A stretch of 64,000 nucleotides of DNA from an uncultured Muribaculaceae bacterium (GTDB lineage Bacteria > Bacteroidota > Bacteroidia > Bacteroidales > Muribaculaceae), in the NCBI GenBank assembly GCA_910584545.1, contig CAJUBC010000006.1, positions 2,225 through 66,224 of the forward strand, read 5' to 3'. The translations under genes and the position numbers were made by a program. Within the stretch, counting starts at the first letter, position 1; the number at the start of each line of letters is the position of its first letter. The notes under the pieces are model-generated. The model worked only from the letters and a program-made list of their open reading frames with translations, made no database searches and was not told where the DNA came from. This document shows, piece by piece, positions 54,400-64,000 of this stretch.

Positions 54400-57273
54400 T
54401 TACGGCATGCGGTGTCCGGGAGGAGGTCCCATAGGTCCGCCGTGGATGCCGTCCGGTCTCCCTTCGGGTCGTTTGCCGTTGCTGTCGCCGGGAGGGGGTC
54501 CGGGAGGTCCGTCGAATTCCTCGGGGATTTCGGCAGTCTTCTTTTTCTTCATGGTGTTGAAGGTCCAGGTCATTCCCACCATCACGTAGCGGGTCAGGTC
54601 GTTGTAGCTGTTGTCGGATATCATGTCGGCCGATACGCTGCGCGAGATGTTCTTGTTCTGGCCGAGGATGTCGTAGGCGCGGGCGTAGACCGTCAGGCTT
54701 CTGTCGCGCAGGAAGGAGTAGGAGATCTGGGCGTTCCATAGCCATTGCTCGATGTTGAAGCCGTTTGAGAATCCCGATGACTTGTCGAACGCGAGGTCGG
54801 TGGAAATGTCGAGGCCGAAGGGAAGGGTCAGCGTGGCGTCGGCGGTGAATCCGTATGTATGGGTATAGCGGTTTGGCTGAAACTCGAGCGTGTTGGTGGC
54901 CATGCTGAAAGTGTAGGTTGGATTGACCGACATCTGGAAGATTGAGGAGGAGAATGTGAGGCCGAGGTTCGGAGCGACGTTGAGGTTGCCGGAGCGGTTG
55001 AAGTCGCCGTTTATGAATCCGGCCGAGCTCGTGTAGTTGGCCATCATCCGGGCGGAGAACCGGAACTTGCTGTTGCGGAAGGGCTGGTTGAGCATGGCCA
55101 TGGCCATGACGTTATAGTTGCCCGAGGTGTTGGTGTAGGTGGTGGTCCTTGCTCCGGTGGATTTGTCGGTGACGGTGCGGGCCACAATCACGTCGGAGGT
55201 ATACTGGCCTCTCAGGGCGGCGAATACACTCTGCTGGGTGGCGGCATTGTAGTTGTTGAAATGCAGCCCGACGGTCTGGGTGAACTCAGGCTTGAGGTCG
55301 GGATTTCCCACAGTGATGTTGAGCGGGTCGGACACGTCGGCCACCGGCTGCAGCTTGGACACCGAGGGGGAAGAGGTGCGTGCGCGGTAGTCGGCACGAA
55401 TGCCGGAGGTCTTGGAGAACTTGTAGCGGAAGCGGGCGAACGGGGCCACGTTCCATACCCAGTGCGCCGGTACATTTTTCGCAGCATCCATCAGGTCGAT
55501 GCTCTCGCTCGATGAGGGGGAAATCACGAGTCCCGCCTCAAGATTGTATTTCTTATGCACCTTCTTGTAGCCGAGGCGTAGTTCCTGAGTGGAGAAGGTG
55601 TTGCGGAACCGGTTGGAGAGCTGCGTGTTGAAGATGGCGTCTACCGGTATCGATGTGAAGTCCTGAGGCGTGAACCCGGGTGCTGTCAGGTTCGGGTCGG
55701 GGATGTCGTAGGTATCTTTGTCCGCGTTGTTGAAGCGATACTGTATCCTGTAGGCAGCCTGAAGGAAATTGCCGCGCGATGGGTCGCCGAGCGGTTCGGT
55801 CCATGTGAAACGGCCTTCCACGGAGTTGTTCCACTGTCTGGAGAAGAGATAGCGGTAGATGTCCTCGGAGTCATCGGCTTTCAGGTAGTAGAGGATCTGG
55901 TTCCATGAAGTGGTGCGCTGTGCGGTGGATGAAAAGGAGTAGCGGGCCTGAATGCTGAAGGAACGGCCCGGACGTGACGGGAAATTATGGTTGAAGATGA
56001 GATTGCCGTCGGCGTTCCAGCTTGTGCCGTTGTTGAAGCGCTGCGTACGGTTGCTGTTGACTTTCGATAACGCCGCGTCGCCGGCGCGGAGCAGCGAGGT
56101 GTCGTTAAGTTCGGAGCTTCGGGAATTGAAAGAAAAGGAGGGGCGGAAATCAAGGGTGTTGTTGGCGTCGATTTTCCATTCGAGGCGGAAGTTTCCACTC
56201 ACGTTATGGCCGCGGTCGATCGAGTTGCTGCCCGAATTGCTGTAGCTTACGGAGTCCGGAAACAGATACTGCGTGTCGGTACGGCTAATCGCGCGACGGT
56301 CGGAATGCGAATAGAATATGTTTCCGCCGAAGCGGAGTGAGTCTGTGCGTCCTACATTGAAGTTGAGACCTATACGCTGCGAGGAGGTTATGCCTCCGGA
56401 GGGACCGAAATTCATGAAGCGCCCTCTGCCGGCATCGCCGAAGCCGAGATCGTTGGTGTTGTTGGCGCCACCGATTATCGAAATCTGCTGATTGTTGGTG
56501 AAGGTGGAGAGATTGAAGCTCCCTTCGTAGCGGCCGTCGGTGCCGTAACCACCTCCGATAGTGCCGAACCAGCCGTTTTTCATCTGCTTTTTGACAGTAA
56601 GGTTGATGACTGTCTCCTCCTCCCCGTCGTCAACACCGGTGATGCGGGCGAGATCGCTCTTGCGGTCCACAACCTGCACCTTGTCAACCAGTTCGGAGGG
56701 TAGGTTTTTGGATGCCGCCGTCGGGTCGTCGCTGAAGAATTCCTTTCCGTCCACGAGAATCTTCGATACGGTCTTGCCGTTTGAAGTGATCGAGCCGTCG
56801 CTCCCCACCTGCACGCCGGGCAGTTTCTTGAGGAGATCCTCCACTGTGGAGTTCTGGCGGGTAGCGTATGAACCGGCGTTGAACTCAAGGGTGTCCTGCT
56901 TGGCGACTACCGCGGCTTTCACGGCTGTTACGACAGCCTCCTTCAGCGTGACCGAGGCTTCGGTGAGGGTGATGTCTCCGATATTGATAATAGAGGCGGT
57001 GTCAGGGACAGATATTGTCCGCGTCACTGTGTCCATACCTGTCATCGTCAGGCTGAGCGCATAGTTTCCGGGCTTGACGGAGGGTATGGAGAATCGCCCG
57101 TCGACATCGGCCACGGCGAGCGCGCGGGTAACGGAATCATTCTCCAGCAACCGTACCGACACGCCCGGGAGCGGCTCGGATGAACTGTCTACCGCACGCC
57201 CTGTGATGTCGGCCGCGATCGCAGCCGCGGCAAACGCCGGTGCCGCGAGGATGAACAATATGGATTTCTTCAT
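54400..57273 (-). CDS. Outer-membrane beta-barrel/TonB-dependent-receptor-like protein with N-terminal carboxypeptidase-regulatory-like domain
   Basis: 'VEDLLKKLPGV', 'ILVDGKEFF', 'ETVINL' and 'GNPDLKPEF'. Beta-strand-rich, with a Pro/Gly tail. Confidence 0.85.
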   Translation of the reverse strand: MKKSILFILAAPAFAAAAIAADITGRAVDSSSEPLPGVSVRLLENDSVTRALAVADVDGRFSIPSVKPGNYALSLTMTGMDTVTRTISVPDTASIINIGDITLTEASVTLKEAVVTAVKAAVVAKQDTLEFNAGSYATRQNSTVEDLLKKLPGVQVGSDGSITSNGKTVSKILVDGKEFFSDDPTAASKNLPSELVDKVQVVDRKSDLARITGVDDGEEETVINLTVKKQMKNGWFGTIGGGYGTDGRYEGSFNLSTFTNNQQISIIGGANNTNDLGFGDAGRGRFMNFGPSGGITSSQRIGLNFNVGRTDSLRFGGNIFYSHSDRRAISRTDTQYLFPDSVSYSNSGSNSIDRGHNVSGNFRLEWKIDANNTLDFRPSFSFNSRSSELNDTSLLRAGDAALSKVNSNRTQRFNNGTSWNADGNLIFNHNFPSRPGRSFSIQARYSFSSTAQRTTSWNQILYYLKADDSEDIYRYLFSRQWNNSVEGRFTWTEPLGDPSRGNFLQAAYRIQYRFNNADKDTYDIPDPNLTAPGFTPQDFTSIPVDAIFNTQLSNRFRNTFSTQELRLGYKKVHKKYNLEAGLVISPSSSESIDLMDAAKNVPAHWVWNVAPFARFRYKFSKTSGIRADYRARTSSPSVSKLQPVADVSDPLNITVGNPDLKPEFTQTVGLHFNNYNAATQQSVFAALRGQYTSDVIVARTVTDKSTGARTTTYTNTSGNYNVMAMAMLNQPFRNSKFRFSARMMANYTSSAGFINGDFNRSGNLNVAPNLGLTFSSSIFQMSVNPTYTFSMATNTLEFQPNRYTHTYGFTADATLTLPFGLDISTDLAFDKSSGFSNGFNIEQWLWNAQISYSFLRDRSLTVYARAYDILGQNKNISRSVSADMISDNSYNDLTRYVMVGMTWTFNTMKKKKTAEIPEEFDGPPGPPPGDSNGKRPEGRPDGIHGGPMGPPPGHRMP

Positions 57274-57545
57274 ATCTGAAATTGAAAAACGGGTTAGACT
57301 GTAAGAAACAGTTTATGACTGTAAGAAAATGAATCGGTACCGATACTATTGAGATTCCGTTTATACGGGGAAAGTTTAAGTACTGTAAGCTGTATGTCCG
57401 GGATAATTCAGTGAATCGCGTTTTTAATCATGTGAAACCGGAATGAATATGGCCTGATTCGGAAAATCTGTACCTCGGTAGGGCTGAATTGTAGTGTTGG
57501 TGCGGCTTTTGGTGTGAAAAATTATGGCAGAAGGTGCAATAAAAA

Positions 57546-57576
57546 TTTGTCGGTTCGTAAATTTTTATTAACTTTG
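57546..57576 (+). promoter_or_regulatory. Promoter of rho
   Basis: TTTG-N19-TAACTTTG, about 300 nt upstream of ATG 57884. Confidence 0.7.
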
Positions 57577-57883
57577 CAGTGTAAAAGGGATATGATGCTA
57601 TCCGGATGGGGTTCGGGAGCATCGATGATTCAATGGCTGATGTCTCCCCAAAATTTCAAAAAAACCGATACCTTTTTATTTTTGTTGTAAATTCTGAATG
57701 ACGCATTGATTAATATTGCATCATTCTATTTTCGACAATTTTCATCGCCGAGTCCAATAGCCGGGACTCAGACCATTTCCAGAAAATATACTGCCGGTTT
57801 CGGCCAACTGTCTAATAAGGAGCGTGAAAGCGTTCGAATGTTGGCGAGGTTATTCCGGGCAAAAGACACATCTTAGCAAGAAT

Positions 57884-59935
57884 ATGCAGAGTTTTGAAGA
57901 ACTGATGTCGATGGAGGACACGCAGTTACGTGCGCTGGCCGAATCGATGGGAATGAAGAAAGGTCATACCGACAACAAGGAGGAAATGGCCTACTACGTA
58001 ATTGATAACGCCACGGCTCAATTCGCCAAGGAGGAAGCGGCAAGAGTCAAACCGCGCGCTCAGCGTGAGCGTAAGCCCAGGGCAAAGAAAACCGATAAAA
58101 CAGTGAAAAGCGAGGCCGAGACGGTAGAAGCGGTTCCGGTGGAGGAGCCTGTTGCCGAGCCGCAGCCCAAGAAGCGCGGACGCAAACCGAAAGCTGTCGC
58201 GGAGCAGACCGATGCTTCCTCAGAGCCTGCGGCAGTTGAGCCGGCTCCCGCGAAGGGGAAGTCTGGACGCAAGCCAGGCCGTAAACCGAAGAACGCTCAG
58301 CCCGAAGCCACGCCTGCCGGCGAGGTTCCCACGCTTTTCGACAACAACGCCGCCCCCGTCATGCTGCCGGCTCCGATAGCTGGTATGGAAGAAAATCCGA
58401 TTACGGAAACGAAATCAGTCCCCGTTCCCGAGAAGCAGCCTGAGCAGGAGCCGGAAGTTCTCCGCGCTGATGCCGTCGTCATGGCGGAGAATCCAGAGGT
58501 TCCCGCAGAGCGCGAGGAGACTCCCGCGCCGAAGGTGTTCAGGAACCGTCAGATTCCGCAGCCCGGCACCAAACCTTCGCTCGGTTCCTTCTTCTCTTCT
58601 GCGAAGGGAAAGACATTCACTCCGAGAAGCCAGCAGCAGATACATGAGGCTGCGGTAGCGGCCGCCCAGGCTCCCATTATAATAGCGGAACCCTCCGTAG
58701 CCCAGGTTCAGGCAACCGCGAAACAGCAGAAACATCTCACCAAGAAACAGCGCCAGCAGCAGCGTCAGCTGCAGCAGCAGGAGGCCAACGCGCGCCAGCA
58801 GGAGACCATGTTTGACTTCGAGGGAATCCTGACCACCACCGGTGTGCTTGAGGTACTTCCCGAAGGTTACGGTTTCCTGCGTTCGAGCGACTACAATTAC
58901 CTCGGCAGCCCCGACGATGTATATGTGACCCAGCAGCAGATCCGCGACAACGGTCTGAAGACAGGCGATGTGGTCGAGGGGGGCATCCGTCCTCCGCGTC
59001 CAGGCGAGAAGTATTTCCCTCTCTGCAAGGTAATATCTGTGAACGGGCTTTCTCCCGAAGTGGTGCGCGACCGCGTGCCTTTCGAGCACCTTGTGCCTCT
59101 CTTCCCGGATGAGAAATTCGACCTCACGGGTGGCAAACACAACAATATCTCCACACGTGTGGTGGACATGTTCTCGCCGATCGGCAAAGGACAGCGCGCG
59201 CTTATCGTGGCGCCGCCAAAGACCGGTAAGACAATTCTCCTCAAGGATATAGCAAACGCTATATCGGAAAACCATCCCGACACCTATATCATAATGCTGC
59301 TCATCGACGAGCGTCCCGAGGAGGTGACAGACATGAGCCGCAGCGTAAACGCCGAGGTGATTGCATCGACATTCGATGAACCTGCCGAGCGTCACGTCAA
59401 GATTGCCGGCCTCGTGCTGGAGAAGGCAAAGCGTCTGGTGGAGAGCGGTCACGATGTGGTTATAATGCTTGACTCCATCACGCGTCTCGCCCGCGCTTAC
59501 AATACCGTCTCGCCCGCTTCCGGCAAGATCCTCTCCGGTGGTGTCGACGCCAACGCCCTGCAGCGTCCCAAGCGTTTCTTCGGCGCGGCCCGCAACATCG
59601 AGAACGGTGGCTCGCTCACCATCATCGCCACAGCGCTCACGGAGACCAGCTCCAAGATGGACGAGGTCATTTTCGAGGAATTCAAGGGAACGGGCAATAT
59701 GGAGCTGCAGCTTGACCGCAAGCTCTCGAACAAACGGATCTTCCCGGCTGTCGACATCATCGCAAGCTCCACGCGCCGCGACGACCTTCTCCTTCCGCAG
59801 GAGACGCTCAACAGGATGTGGATACTCCGCAACTACCTTTCCGACATGAATTCGGTGGAGGCGATGGAGTTCATAAAGAAGCGCATGGAGATGACGCGCA
59901 ACAACGCGGAACTTCTTGTGACCATGGACAGGTAG
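57884..59935 (+). CDS. rho: Transcription termination factor Rho with long N-terminal low-complexity insertion
   Basis: 'GYGFLR', 'DDVYV', '[17 protein letters not shown]', 'LIDERPEEV' and '[11 protein letters not shown]'. Confidence 0.96.
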   Translation: MQSFEELMSMEDTQLRALAESMGMKKGHTDNKEEMAYYVIDNATAQFAKEEAARVKPRAQRERKPRAKKTDKTVKSEAETVEAVPVEEPVAEPQPKKRGRKPKAVAEQTDASSEPAAVEPAPAKGKSGRKPGRKPKNAQPEATPAGEVPTLFDNNAAPVMLPAPIAGMEENPITETKSVPVPEKQPEQEPEVLRADAVVMAENPEVPAEREETPAPKVFRNRQIPQPGTKPSLGSFFSSAKGKTFTPRSQQQIHEAAVAAAQAPIIIAEPSVAQVQATAKQQKHLTKKQRQQQRQLQQQEANARQQETMFDFEGILTTTGVLEVLPEGYGFLRSSDYNYLGSPDDVYVTQQQIRDNGLKTGDVVEGGIRPPRPGEKYFPLCKVISVNGLSPEVVRDRVPFEHLVPLFPDEKFDLTGGKHNNISTRVVDMFSPIGKGQRALIVAPPKTGKTILLKDIANAISENHPDTYIIMLLIDERPEEVTDMSRSVNAEVIASTFDEPAERHVKIAGLVLEKAKRLVESGHDVVIMLDSITRLARAYNTVSPASGKILSGGVDANALQRPKRFFGAARNIENGGSLTIIATALTETSSKMDEVIFEEFKGTGNMELQLDRKLSNKRIFPAVDIIASSTRRDDLLLPQETLNRMWILRNYLSDMNSVEAMEFIKKRMEMTRNNAELLVTMDR

Positions 59936-59947
59936 GCCTGGAATTGC

Positions 59948-60928
59948 ATGAACAGCATCGGAGAACTGATAAGGCTCACGACTTTCGGAGAAAGCCATGG
60001 GCCGGCAATGGGTGGCGTTCTTGACGGAATGCCGCCCCTTGTGCATATAGACCTCGACGCGGTGCGGCGCGAAGTGGCGCGGCGACGTCCCGGACATGGA
60101 CCGCTCGTATCGCAGCGGCAGGAGTCCGACGAGGTGGAGATCCTTTCCGGTATCGCTCCCGACGGACGGACGCTCGGAACCCCGATCGGTTTCATAGTGC
60201 GGAACCGTGACGCGCGGAGCGGGGATTATGCGGATTACGATGGGAGGTTCCGGCCAAACCACGCGGACTATACCTATTGGAAAAAATACGGCATACATGA
60301 TTTCAGGGGCGGGGGCCGTGCCAGTGCCCGCGAGACGGTGTCGAGAGTCGTGGCTGGAGCCATCTGCCGCCAATGGCTTGACACACTCGGCGTTACGGTT
60401 CATGCCGAACTGCTTCCCGGTCCGGATATCGAGGCCGCTGTCGCGGCTGGTGACTCCGTCGGCGGCGCGGTGAGATGCACTGTCACCGGACTTCCTGTCG
60501 GTGTCGGTGAGCCGGTCTATGACAAACTCAGCGCGCGTCTGGCAGAAGCGATGATGAGCATAAACGCCGTCAAGGCTTTCGAAATCGGTGACGGTGTCGC
60601 GGCTTCTTCGGCATTCGGTTCCGAGTCCATGGACAGTTTCGTGAAAACAGATGACAACGCCGACCTTACGTGTGCTTCAAATCATTCCGGCGGCGTGCAG
60701 GGGGGCATATCAAACGGTATGCCGGTGACGATGACCATTCATTTCAAGCCTACGCCCACTCTGATGCGTCCGATTGAAACTTTCGATACCGCAGGGAACA
60801 GAGTGACGGTGCCTCCTAAAGGAAGACATGATCCCTGCGTGGCCGTGAGGGCTGTCCCGGTGGTGGAGGCTATGGCCATAATCACCGTAGCCGACATGAT
60901 GAAGTCGAGGGGTTGCCTCACAAGATGA
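59948..60928 (+). CDS. aroC: Chorismate synthase
   Basis: 'TTFGESHG', 'RPNHAD', 'RGGGRASARET', 'GGISNG' and 'GRHDPC'. Confidence 0.96.
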   Translation: MNSIGELIRLTTFGESHGPAMGGVLDGMPPLVHIDLDAVRREVARRRPGHGPLVSQRQESDEVEILSGIAPDGRTLGTPIGFIVRNRDARSGDYADYDGRFRPNHADYTYWKKYGIHDFRGGGRASARETVSRVVAGAICRQWLDTLGVTVHAELLPGPDIEAAVAAGDSVGGAVRCTVTGLPVGVGEPVYDKLSARLAEAMMSINAVKAFEIGDGVAASSAFGSESMDSFVKTDDNADLTCASNHSGGVQGGISNGMPVTMTIHFKPTPTLMRPIETFDTAGNRVTVPPKGRHDPCVAVRAVPVVEAMAIITVADMMKSRGCLTR

Positions 60929-60952
60929 CGAGCAACCGGAAAGACAGATGAT

Positions 60953-61855
60953 ATGAATGAGTTTTACACCGATTATTCGGAGTATATGTCCGGGATTTTC
61001 CCCGGCGTGAAGGTGCAGAAGATTTCTGTCAACGCCGGCTTCTGTTGTCCGAACCGCGACGGCACCATCGGCACGGGCGGCTGCATATACTGCAACAACC
61101 GTTCGTTCACGCCGGCGTATTGTTTCGGGACGGAGGGCGTGGCAGCCCAACTCGGGGCGGGAAAGAAATTTTTCGCCCGCAAGTATCCGGAGATGAAGTA
61201 TATAGCCTATTTTCAGTCATATACCAACACCTACCTGGCTTCGGCTGCTGAATTAAGGCTGCTTTACGAGGAGGCGTTGGGAGTGGATGGAGTCGTGGGT
61301 CTCGCCGTGGCCACGCGCCCCGACACATTGCCGGAGGAGACAGTGGATCTGCTTAGCTGTATCAACCAAACATGCCCTGTGTTTGTTGAACTCGGAGTGG
61401 AGAGCCTATGCGACACCACATTGCAGACAATCAACCGTGGACATGACTCTGCAGCCGCAGAGGATGCGGTTCTCCGTCTCGCAGATGCCGGACTGCATGT
61501 CGGGGTGCATCTGATTGCCGGACTTCCGGGAGAAACCGATGAGACAGTGCTGGAGACGGTGCGCCGCGTATGTTCGCTTCCGGTGGACTCCATCAAGATG
61601 CATCATCTTCAGGTATTGAAGGGAACTCCTCTGTGCCGGATGGTGGAAAACGGAGAACTTCGTGTACCGCGATATACACCAGAGAGCTATCTCGACCTCT
61701 GCGTGAGGATTGTCGGGGAAGTGCCGCGCCACATCGCCATCGAGAGGTTTCTCGCATCCTCGCCTCCGGCTGAGGTGGTGTCTCCGCACTGGGGGATGAA
61801 GAACCACGAGTTTGTGAATCGTCTGATAAATGAATTGAAAAACATAAAATTATAA
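60953..61855 (+). CDS. TIGR01212-family radical SAM protein
   Basis: 'GFCCPNRDG...GGCIYC', 'YFQSYTNTY', 'ATRPD' and 'INRGH'. Confidence 0.9.
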   Translation: MNEFYTDYSEYMSGIFPGVKVQKISVNAGFCCPNRDGTIGTGGCIYCNNRSFTPAYCFGTEGVAAQLGAGKKFFARKYPEMKYIAYFQSYTNTYLASAAELRLLYEEALGVDGVVGLAVATRPDTLPEETVDLLSCINQTCPVFVELGVESLCDTTLQTINRGHDSAAAEDAVLRLADAGLHVGVHLIAGLPGETDETVLETVRRVCSLPVDSIKMHHLQVLKGTPLCRMVENGELRVPRYTPESYLDLCVRIVGEVPRHIAIERFLASSPPAEVVSPHWGMKNHEFVNRLINELKNIKL

Positions 61856-61858
61856 TTT

Positions 61859-62971
61859 ATGGACAAAAGATTGTTAGCAGGTTTGATGCTGCTTGCAGGT
61901 GCCGGCAGCGTGTCGGCCGACATCACGGTAAATCTTCCCAAAGGTGTAGGGGAGAATCCTGAGGAGGGTTATTCATTCGAGTATGGTTATATCTCCGACC
62001 TTGTGAAGCCGAGGATGGAACGGCCGCAGTCGGCGCGCGATAACGTGAAGCCAGATAAAGGGCGGTTCGTGATAAAGACGCTGCCCGACGGCCCGGCCCA
62101 GTATGTGCTACCCGTTTCAGAGAGGGAGTATGTGGTTCTTTACAGTAATCCCGGCGATACATACACGGTGAATATAGATTCCATTTCGCCGTTGAGTTAT
62201 TCCGTTACCGGTTCGCCAATGATGGCAGACATAGCGCGCCTCGACACGGAGGCCGGCAAGATAATGAATGAATTCCGCGAAATTTCTGCCAACGGAACGG
62301 CTACCGAGGAGAAGATCGCGAAACTACAGGAAAAATACAGCAAGCTTTTCCATGAATATATCGACGCGAATCCGAAGAGCGAGGCTGTGCCTTTCGCGGT
62401 GATGCATCTCGAAGGGGAGGATTTCCTAAAGACTTACGGAGAGATTACCCCTGAGGCCGCGAAGAGTCCGCTGAAGCTTTTCCTCGACCGTCAGAAGCAA
62501 TATGTGGAGTCGATGCTGGAAGCCGAACGCCGCAAGGTGCAGCTGCAGAGCGGCACCGTCGATGCCCCGGACTTCACCTTCAAGACCATGGAGGGTAAGG
62601 ACGTGTCGCTTTCCGATTTCCGTGGGAAATGGGTGGTGATAGATTTCTGGGGCAGCTGGTGTCCCTGGTGCATCAAGGGTTTCCCCGCGCTAAAGGAGGC
62701 ATACGCCAAATATAAACCGGAACTTGAGGTGATCGGGGTGGCGTGCAGCGATCCCCGCGAGAACTGGGAGGCGGCGATTAAGAAATACCAGCTCCCATGG
62801 GTAAACGTCTACAACCCCGATGAGGGAGGCGGCCAGGTGGTCAGGGACTACGCGGTGGAGGGCTTCCCCACCAAGGTGATAGTCAGTCCCGAGGGGAAGA
62901 TACGCAATATAACCTCCGGTGAAAACCCTGCTTTCTTTGAACTTCTCGATGAACTGATGGGTAAAAAATAA
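61859..62971 (+). CDS. TlpA-family thiol:disulfide oxidoreductase
   Basis: Signal peptide, 'APDFTF', 'DFWGSWCPWC' and 'GFPTK'. Confidence 0.88.
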   Translation: MDKRLLAGLMLLAGAGSVSADITVNLPKGVGENPEEGYSFEYGYISDLVKPRMERPQSARDNVKPDKGRFVIKTLPDGPAQYVLPVSEREYVVLYSNPGDTYTVNIDSISPLSYSVTGSPMMADIARLDTEAGKIMNEFREISANGTATEEKIAKLQEKYSKLFHEYIDANPKSEAVPFAVMHLEGEDFLKTYGEITPEAAKSPLKLFLDRQKQYVESMLEAERRKVQLQSGTVDAPDFTFKTMEGKDVSLSDFRGKWVVIDFWGSWCPWCIKGFPALKEAYAKYKPELEVIGVACSDPRENWEAAIKKYQLPWVNVYNPDEGGGQVVRDYAVEGFPTKVIVSPEGKIRNITSGENPAFFELLDELMGKK

Positions 62972-63029
62972 TCCGGGTTGCTCCATATACCGTCCGTTCG
63001 GAGGAAACGGAGCCGCCGTAACCGGAGTG

Positions 63030-63082
63030 ATGATCTAAAAAACGGGTGTGACCGCATCGGTCACACCCGTTTTTTAGATCAT
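63030..63082. terminator. Bidirectional intrinsic terminator
   Basis: Perfect 25-bp inverted repeat atgatctaaaaaacgggtgtgaccg / cggtcacacccgttttttagatcat. Confidence 0.88.
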
Positions 63083-63094
63083 ACAGTTCAATAT

Positions 63095-64000
63095 TTATTT
63101 CTTGATAATCTTCTTTCCGTTGACAATGTATATGCCTGCGGGAAGATTCTCGAGGTCCTTGCCGGCGGAAATGCCCATAAGGTCGAAGACCTCAGGCGCG
63201 ATGCCGTCACCATCAACGGAGTCTATCCCGGTGTTGGCGTTGCCATAGAAGTCGAATGAACCTGATGTGAGCTCCTGATCATCGGCATTGTAAAGCGTAT
63301 AGTTTACTGTGAAGTAGTATCCGGGATCGAATCTCATGGTCTCGCTTTCGTTGAGCCAGCATATATTGCCTTCCGCGTTCTTGGTAGTGCTCCTTGTTTC
63401 AGCCAGGACGGTGAACGGCTGCGCCATTTCGGAATCAAGCTGGCATCCATCTATACTGATGGCAAGGGATGCGACCGCGGAGTCATCGCTGGTGACGAAT
63501 GTTACTCCTTCTCCCTTTTCAAATCTGGCCACGTAGGATTCGGATTTAGGCTCATGGGATACCACATCGACCGTCTGTGAAGAATTGTCCTTGTACAGAT
63601 ACCATGAATAGGGGAGTTCCGCGTTGATTTTTCCTGCCTCGGCGTTAGCCTCATGCTCTTCGTTCCAGATCGCGCCTTCCGTCAGTACGACCCGGTACAT
63701 GGCGTTGACAGTGGGCACGGGTGTGATCAGGACACGCAGCTCCGTATCCGAGACGCGCTCGAGTCTTGCGGTGCCGAAATTGCTGTAGCCGGTTGCCTGA
63801 AGATCGGTCATGTAACCGACTTTAAATTCGGTCTCTGCGTCGAAGTAGACTTTCTCGTCAAATTTAAGAGTGATTTCGTCAAGATTCTCCACTGTGGTGC
63901 CGAAAGCGGGGTTCACGGATTCGGGAGCGAGGGTTGTCTCAACCCCGCCGGGGATGTATTCCTTGCCGCCGACTACTTTGAACTCGAGTTTTATGGCGTC
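63095..64000 (-). CDS. C-terminal part of a T9SS cargo protein with Ig-like domains (5'-truncated by window edge)
   Basis: Frame is open to base 64000. Tail 'VFDLMGISAG..LPAGIYIVNGKKIIKK'. Resembles the 39958-43428 protein. Confidence 0.75.
   Translation of the reverse strand, partial: DAIKLEFKVVGGKEYIPGGVETTLAPESVNPAFGTTVENLDEITLKFDEKVYFDAETEFKVGYMTDLQATGYSNFGTARLERVSDTELRVLITPVPTVNAMYRVVLTEGAIWNEEHEANAEAGKINAELPYSWYLYKDNSSQTVDVVSHEPKSESYVARFEKGEGVTFVTSDDSAVASLAISIDGCQLDSEMAQPFTVLAETRSTTKNAEGNICWLNESETMRFDPGYYFTVNYTLYNADDQELTSGSFDFYGNANTGIDSVDGDGIAPEVFDLMGISAGKDLENLPAGIYIVNGKKIIKK

Overview
A GC-rich chromosomal segment from a Bacteroidales bacterium, probably Muribaculaceae-like. The evidence is TAnnTTTG -7 promoters, T9SS C-terminal sorting tails, DUF3575/DUF3868 genes and a Rho with a long N-terminal extension. 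It begins in a type V (Mfa/Fim-like) pilus locus whose tip adhesin ends in C-type-lectin-fold-like motifs. Housekeeping genes follow (fabG, ispD, recG, DEAD-box helicase, PFOR, pheS, nth, tdk, acyl-CoA ligase, tRNA-Leu). The rest holds a TetR-TolC-MFP-RND efflux operon, a four-gene cluster of T9SS cargo proteins, divergent kbl/tdh, a putative porin, relA, rho, aroC and more. The most unusual element lies at about 20.36-21.66 kb. It is a stand-alone RAYT/IS200-like HUH (Y1) nuclease that appears fused to a C-terminal DprA/Smf (SLOG)-like domain. Directly upstream is a roughly 250-nt, strongly adenine-depleted, REPIN-like inverted-repeat element enclosing a 23-bp tandem array. Two other intergenic short-period repeat hairpins (a 9-mer at about 8.2 kb and a 7-mer at about 43.5 kb) are also notable. 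No CRISPR array, reverse transcriptase, integrase or rRNA was seen. All product calls come from motif recognition by eye, not database searches.
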